Positions 59,180 to 64,000 of a DNA stretch of 64,000 nt are shown here, one piece after another; position 1 is the stretch's first letter, and every line of letters begins with the position of its first letter. The notes beneath the pieces are model-generated. The model was not told where the DNA came from. It did not search any database and saw only the letters and a list, made by a program, of their open reading frames with translations. The translations under genes were made by a program, and so were the position numbers. Source of the stretch: Chloroflexota bacterium (GTDB taxonomy: Bacteria > Chloroflexota > UBA11872 > VXOZ01); the NCBI GenBank assembly GCA_963663275.1, contig OY760183.1:3040001-3104000 (forward strand), given 5' to 3'.

Positions 59180-61963
59180 TCACGGCACCCGATAGACCTC
59201 CGCCGCCGGCTTCACCGGGCGCGGCATCCACAGCGGCCGCCGCAGCGCGTTGCTGCCCTCCGCCGGACGCGCTTTCTTCAGCCACTCAAGATACACTTCA
59301 TGCGACTTATTGGTATCCACGAACACGTCGCCGTACTGGTCGTCGGCCGCCGCCGTCTCCACCCGCACCTTCTGGTGCCAGCAGTGCATACCGCTCACCG
59401 GGTCCGGATGCACCGGGAACGTCAGATTCTGGTGCACGCCCGAATCTTTCCACCACACCCGGTCGGAATCCGGATCCGGGCTCTCGAACGGCCCCACGCC
59501 TTCGATCTGGCGCATGAACCACTGCCCGTCCTTCACTTGCTTCAAATCCACGTGCGCAGTAGACCAGCGTTCGCCGCCGCTCTCCTTGGAAAGCCGCCAG
59601 CGTCCCAGGTGGTGGGAGCACGCCACGATGCCCGGGCGAATGCCCTCCGTCACCCACACCCGTATCACAAAGTGCCCGATCTCCGTACAAACCCTGGCAA
59701 GGTCGCCCGTATCGAACTCCAGGCGTTCCGCGTCCTGCGGGTGCACCCACAGCGGATTGGTATGCGAAATCTCATAGAGCCACTTGGCGTTGCCCGCCCG
59801 CGTGTGGATGAGCGTCGGCAGGCGGAACGTCGGCAGCAGCACGTACTCGCCCTTGCCGTGGTCGATGTTCTCCCGGTGCACGTGGCTCTTGATGTACGTC
59901 GGCACGGCGTATTCCGACCACTTGAAGTCCCGCAGCGTTTCGGAGAAGAACTCCAGCTTGCGCGACGGCGTATGGAACCCTTCCACCGCCGTTCCGTCCA
60001 CCTCCACGCCGATCACCTCGCCGTTGCTGCTCACCTTGCCGCTTTCAGGATCGACCTCCGCGCCGTCCAACTCCTCGGCGGTCAAGGGATTCTCATGCAC
60101 CGCGTAGGTATCGCGCTTCACCTCGAACGCGCCGTACTTGCGCATGTACGCCAGCGGCGCAAGTTCCTCTTTGGCCGCCGCTTCCGGCAGACCCGGCACA
60201 CTGTTTTCGAATATCCACTGGTAGTATTCGCTGATGGTCAGCTTCTCACCGGGGCGGTAGGGCGACTCGAAGAACTCCCGCACGCCCAGGCTGCCGTCCG
60301 GGTCGATGCGCCACGAAAGCTCGATCCAGAATTCGTCCTCTTCCCACACCTCGCCGGGATTGGCCTCGTAGGTGAACTCGACAGCGTCGCCGTTCTTCTC
60401 GCGCGCCACCCGCATCACCGGCTGGCGGAACGCGATCCACGCGCCCGCCTGGGTCTCCTGGCTCATCAGGTCGTGCCGTTCCGCGCCGTTGCCCATGGGC
60501 AGCACGTAGTCCGCGAACCAGGCCGTTTCGCTCCACACCGGCGTCAGCGCGGCGTGCACGCCAATCTTTGCTTCATCGCTCAGCATCTCAATCCAGGAGG
60601 CCCCGTCGGGATTCGTCCACACCGGGTTGTAGACGCGAGTAAAGTAGGTATCCACTTTGCCGCGCCCCTCTTTGAGGAAGTGCGGCAGCAGAATGCTCAT
60701 CTCGTGGTGCGCCAGCGGATACTCGCGCGGCCACAGGAGTTCGCTCCACACCTGCTGCGGCGGCGGCTTGATGTACGGCGCGGGGGCGAATTTATTCCAA
60801 CTGTTCGGGGACGTGCCGCCGCGCGTGCCGATGCTGCCGGTCAACACGCCGAGGAACGTCAAACAGCGCGAGACCTGCCAACCGCCTTCATTGCCGGAGG
60901 CCGCGCTGCGCCACACGTGGCTGGCAAACGCCGTGCCCGCCCTGGCGATCTCCCGCGCCACCGCGACGATCTGGGCGGCTTCCACGCCGCTCTCCTGCTC
61001 GGCAAATTCCGGCGTGTACGCGGCGTAGAAATCCTTGATAGCGTCAATGAAGTTATCGAACGTGGCCTCCACGTCCGGGTGCTCGCTGCGCATGAACTGC
61101 TGCCAGTTGAGCCACTTCTCCATGAAGTCGCGGTTATAGCTTTCTTCCCGCAGGATGACGTTCGCCATAGCCAGCAAAATCGCCGGTTCCGAGCCGGGCC
61201 ACGACGAGAGCCAGTAGTCCGCCCGCGAGGCGGTGTTGGAGAGGCGCGTGTCGATAACGGCAATCTTCGCGCCGGCGAGTTTGCCCTCGACGATGCGCTG
61301 GGCATGGGGATTGAAATAGTGTCCCGTCTCCAGGTGGGCGCTGATGAGCAGCATGAAGCGGGAATTCGCGTGGTCGGGCGAGGGCCGGTCCGCTCCCTGC
61401 CAGAGGGTGTAGCCCAGCCGCGCGGCGGAGGAACAGACGTTCGTATGGCTGTTGTGGCCGTCCACGCCCCAAGCCTGGAGCACCCGGTCCATGTAGCCGT
61501 CGTGGCCGGGACGCCCCACGTGGTACATCACTTCCGTGCGGCGGTCTTCCTGCAAGGCCGTGCGAATGCGCGCCGCGAGCGTGTCGAGCACCTCATCCCA
61601 GGTGGTGCGTTCCCACTCGCCGGAGCCGCGCGGCCCGCTGCGCTTCATGGGGTAGAGGATGCGCTCCGGGTCGTGCACCTGGTTGATCGTGGCCGGGCCT
61701 TTGGCGCAGTTGCGGCCCCGGCTGCCGGGATGCGCCGGATTGCCCTCGAACTTGCGGATGCGCATGTCCTCTTTGTCGATGTACGCCAGCAGCCCGCACG
61801 CGGCCTCGCAGTTGAAGCAGACCGTCGGCACCAACATGTAGTTCTTGGAGACGCGCTTCGGCCATGCTTCCGGGTCGTACTCGGTCCAATCGTCCCACTG
61901 GTCTACCGGCGGATAGTTCGCCAGTTGGCCCGATTCCGGAAACTGTGGCTTGAAAATCGACAT
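59180..61963 (-). CDS. Molybdopterin-dependent oxidoreductase, catalytic subunit (Psr/Ttr-like group)
   Basis: CFNCEAACG..NCAKG 4Fe-4S motif, HTNVCSS, SETAWFADYVLP, C-terminal Mo-binding domain. Confidence 0.92.
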   Translation of the reverse strand: MSIFKPQFPESGQLANYPPVDQWDDWTEYDPEAWPKRVSKNYMLVPTVCFNCEAACGLLAYIDKEDMRIRKFEGNPAHPGSRGRNCAKGPATINQVHDPERILYPMKRSGPRGSGEWERTTWDEVLDTLAARIRTALQEDRRTEVMYHVGRPGHDGYMDRVLQAWGVDGHNSHTNVCSSAARLGYTLWQGADRPSPDHANSRFMLLISAHLETGHYFNPHAQRIVEGKLAGAKIAVIDTRLSNTASRADYWLSSWPGSEPAILLAMANVILREESYNRDFMEKWLNWQQFMRSEHPDVEATFDNFIDAIKDFYAAYTPEFAEQESGVEAAQIVAVAREIARAGTAFASHVWRSAASGNEGGWQVSRCLTFLGVLTGSIGTRGGTSPNSWNKFAPAPYIKPPPQQVWSELLWPREYPLAHHEMSILLPHFLKEGRGKVDTYFTRVYNPVWTNPDGASWIEMLSDEAKIGVHAALTPVWSETAWFADYVLPMGNGAERHDLMSQETQAGAWIAFRQPVMRVAREKNGDAVEFTYEANPGEVWEEDEFWIELSWRIDPDGSLGVREFFESPYRPGEKLTISEYYQWIFENSVPGLPEAAAKEELAPLAYMRKYGAFEVKRDTYAVHENPLTAEELDGAEVDPESGKVSSNGEVIGVEVDGTAVEGFHTPSRKLEFFSETLRDFKWSEYAVPTYIKSHVHRENIDHGKGEYVLLPTFRLPTLIHTRAGNAKWLYEISHTNPLWVHPQDAERLEFDTGDLARVCTEIGHFVIRVWVTEGIRPGIVACSHHLGRWRLSKESGGERWSTAHVDLKQVKDGQWFMRQIEGVGPFESPDPDSDRVWWKDSGVHQNLTFPVHPDPVSGMHCWHQKVRVETAAADDQYGDVFVDTNKSHEVYLEWLKKARPAEGSNALRRPLWMPRPVKPAAEVYRVP

Positions 61964-62061
61964 CGCGCCGTAGCTCCTCTCGCTAAGCGCCCGGACCTGG
62001 TTAACGTGAAACCGCTAACGCGCACTCAATCTCTGTCAAAATAACCGTATCCATTCAAACC

Positions 62062-62258
62062 GTAGCGCGGGGGCTCGTCCCCCGCCTCCTGGCCTGCCAA
62101 TGCGCGCCCAAATGTCACCCATCTCTATCGCGTAGCGCGGGAGCTTGTCCCCCGCCTCTTGGCCTGCCATTGCGCGCTCATCTATCCCCTATCATCACGT
62201 AGCGCGGGGGCTCGTCCCCCGCCTCTCATCTCACGTAGCGCGGGGGCTCGTCCCCCGC
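62062..62258. repeat. Four tandem GTAG-type REP family D copies (GTAGCGCGGGGGCTCGTCCCCCGC)
   Basis: Copies at 62062, 62132, 62199 and 62235; another at 31717-31740. Confidence 0.85.
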
Positions 62259-62274
62259 CTCTTGAACAACGCGC

Positions 62275-63864
62275 TTAACTCAACGGCTCTGCCTGTCCCG
62301 CTCGCACCCAAATATCCTCAAAGAGCAACAATCCCGCCAAGGCGCACGCCCCGGCCGCGATGGCCGCCACCGGCGCCAGCCCCAACGGTATGGCGAGCAG
62401 CAGCGCCACCGGCGCCGCGTGCCCCACACCGACCACCCCGGCCCAGAAACGCTGGGCGAACCGGCCGCGCACGATCATCCGCACGGCTGCGGCCGCGTCG
62501 CGCGTGCCGTGGGGCAGCCAGAGTTCGCCCACCACGATGATGAAGAGGTTGGCGATCAGACTCCACAGCAGCACGGTGCGCAGAAACTCCTCGGTCTGCG
62601 CCGTCGTCTCCACCACCGACCCCAGTATCGCCAGCGACGCCGCGCCCGCCAACGCCGCCTGCACCAGCAGGTGCACCGGCAACGCGGGGCTCAGCCACAG
62701 GTCGCGCGCTTTCGATTGCGCAAAGAGAAAACCGGTGTAGATCGCGGCGAGAATAGCTAAGACGCCGCCCGGCCACCAGAGTATCCGCATCAAGCCGTCC
62801 GCGCCCGTGAGCGCCGCTAGTATGCTCAAGCCGACGAATGCGCCGAAAAACAGCAAGATGAACGTGCCAAGCGCGACCCACGAGCGCCACTGCGGACGGA
62901 TGAGAATGGTGTAGAAGCGGTCGGGGCGCTTGAGGTCCCAGATCAACAAGCCCGCCGTGATCGCCAGGAATATCAGCGCCAGAATGGGGCCGCCCCACGC
63001 CAAGAGCGGGTTATCGCTCACCAGGCCCAGCGCCAAGCCCGCCGCCGGCAGCAGAAACGCGCCCGCGGCGATAGATTTCGTCCAGATGTACGCGCTCACC
63101 TTCCAGCCCCAGGGCGAGGGATGCTCCACGTCGTAGACCGTCTTGGCGGACTTGGCTACCAGGTCCTGCAGCAAGGTTTCACTGTCTATGAGGCCGGACG
63201 CGCCGTTGCCGTTGGCGCTGCCGTTCCCGTTGGCGTTGGCGTTTGCGTTGGCGTTCGGCATCTCGTTCCAGATGCCGTACTCACCGGCCGGCGTCGCCGC
63301 CGACGGGGTGAGCGTGCTCTCGTCGGCGTCGATGTAGAAGAGCTTGGGCACCGTGCCTTTCTCCGGCTTGCGCACCTGCACCGGCTCCCGCGAGATAAGC
63401 TGGGAGATATGGGCCGTCGGGTCGTCCAAGTCGCCGGAGACAATGGCCTGCGTCGGGCAGACCACCTGGCACGAAGGTTCCAATCCGACCTCTACCCGGT
63501 GCGCGCAGAAGTTGCACTTCGCGGCGGTGTGCGTATCGGGATCGATGTGCAGCGCGTCGTACGGACAGGCCTGCAAACACATCTTGCAGCCAATGCACCG
63601 CTCAGGATCGAAGTCCACGATGCCGTCCTGCGTGCGGCGGTACAACGCCGTCACCGGACACGCCGTGATACAGGGCGCGTCGTCGCAGTGGTTGCAGCGG
63701 AGCACCGTAAAGTGGCGGCGGTTATGGGGGAACTGCCCGGTCTCGACGTACTTCACCCAGGTGCGGTAGACGCCCAAAGGCACGTCATGCTCCGACTTGC
63801 ACGCCACCGTACAGGCGTGGCAGCCGATGCACTTGCGATTGTCGATGAGAAAGCCAAGTCTCAT
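62275..63864 (-). CDS. Fused 4Fe-4S dicluster / NrfD-PsrC membrane anchor
   Basis: CIGCHAC, CNHC..C...CP, CIGCKMC...CPY, KCNFC..C...CP; then WGWKVSAY and DLKRPDRF TM domain. Confidence 0.92.
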   Translation of the reverse strand: MRLGFLIDNRKCIGCHACTVACKSEHDVPLGVYRTWVKYVETGQFPHNRRHFTVLRCNHCDDAPCITACPVTALYRRTQDGIVDFDPERCIGCKMCLQACPYDALHIDPDTHTAAKCNFCAHRVEVGLEPSCQVVCPTQAIVSGDLDDPTAHISQLISREPVQVRKPEKGTVPKLFYIDADESTLTPSAATPAGEYGIWNEMPNANANANANGNGSANGNGASGLIDSETLLQDLVAKSAKTVYDVEHPSPWGWKVSAYIWTKSIAAGAFLLPAAGLALGLVSDNPLLAWGGPILALIFLAITAGLLIWDLKRPDRFYTILIRPQWRSWVALGTFILLFFGAFVGLSILAALTGADGLMRILWWPGGVLAILAAIYTGFLFAQSKARDLWLSPALPVHLLVQAALAGAASLAILGSVVETTAQTEEFLRTVLLWSLIANLFIIVVGELWLPHGTRDAAAAVRMIVRGRFAQRFWAGVVGVGHAAPVALLLAIPLGLAPVAAIAAGACALAGLLLFEDIWVRAGQAEPLS

Positions 63865-64000
63865 GGCTGCTCCTGTGCCTGCGGACCGATTTCCGTTGCC
63901 CAATTATACAATAGCGCCCGCGATGCTACCACCCTGACGCATCCACTGGGTTCAGTCTTCCCGCTCGCAGTAGACGCGCCCGTCCGGATAGGCTTGCTCA

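Noticed and set aside
59300-62044. 914-aa plus-strand ORF and similar long antisense ORFs (10863-12263, 14751-16163, 42197-43612)
   Set aside because: Shadow frames of high-GC genes on the opposite strand with no recognisable motifs
62062-62258. Possible CRISPR array
   Set aside because: Spacers are unequal (12-46 bp) and similar to each other, the repeat also occurs singly at 31717, and no cas genes are present; it is a REP cluster

Overview
High-GC bacterial chromosomal segment. Gene content and repeat families suggest a Chloroflexota-like, possibly host-associated organism; this is inference only. The backbone carries housekeeping and metabolic genes (selD, DegV, tldD-pmbA, tRNA-Leu(GAG), tmRNA, modAB, plsX, holA, rpsT, ccdA, a molybdopterin oxidoreductase with a fused 4Fe-4S/NrfD partner, transporters, hydrolases). 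It is studded with at least five REP-like palindrome families, several REP-carrying MITEs and one intact IS481-family element. The most notable region is a lower-GC island at about 4.1-9.4 kb. It holds a stand-alone Swt1-like HEPN RNase preceded by a structured, terminator-ended leader and followed by a hairpin-rich tract (type III toxin-antitoxin-like layout). It also holds two homologous structured 5' leaders of about 140 nt, driven by back-to-back promoters in front of envelope and superinfection-immunity operons (candidate new cis-regulatory RNA). Other highlights are UGA-recoded selD, a candidate C-terminal-selenocysteine HesB/IscA protein, and a subtilase with a Glu-His-Cys triad. All family calls come from motif recognition by eye, not database searches.
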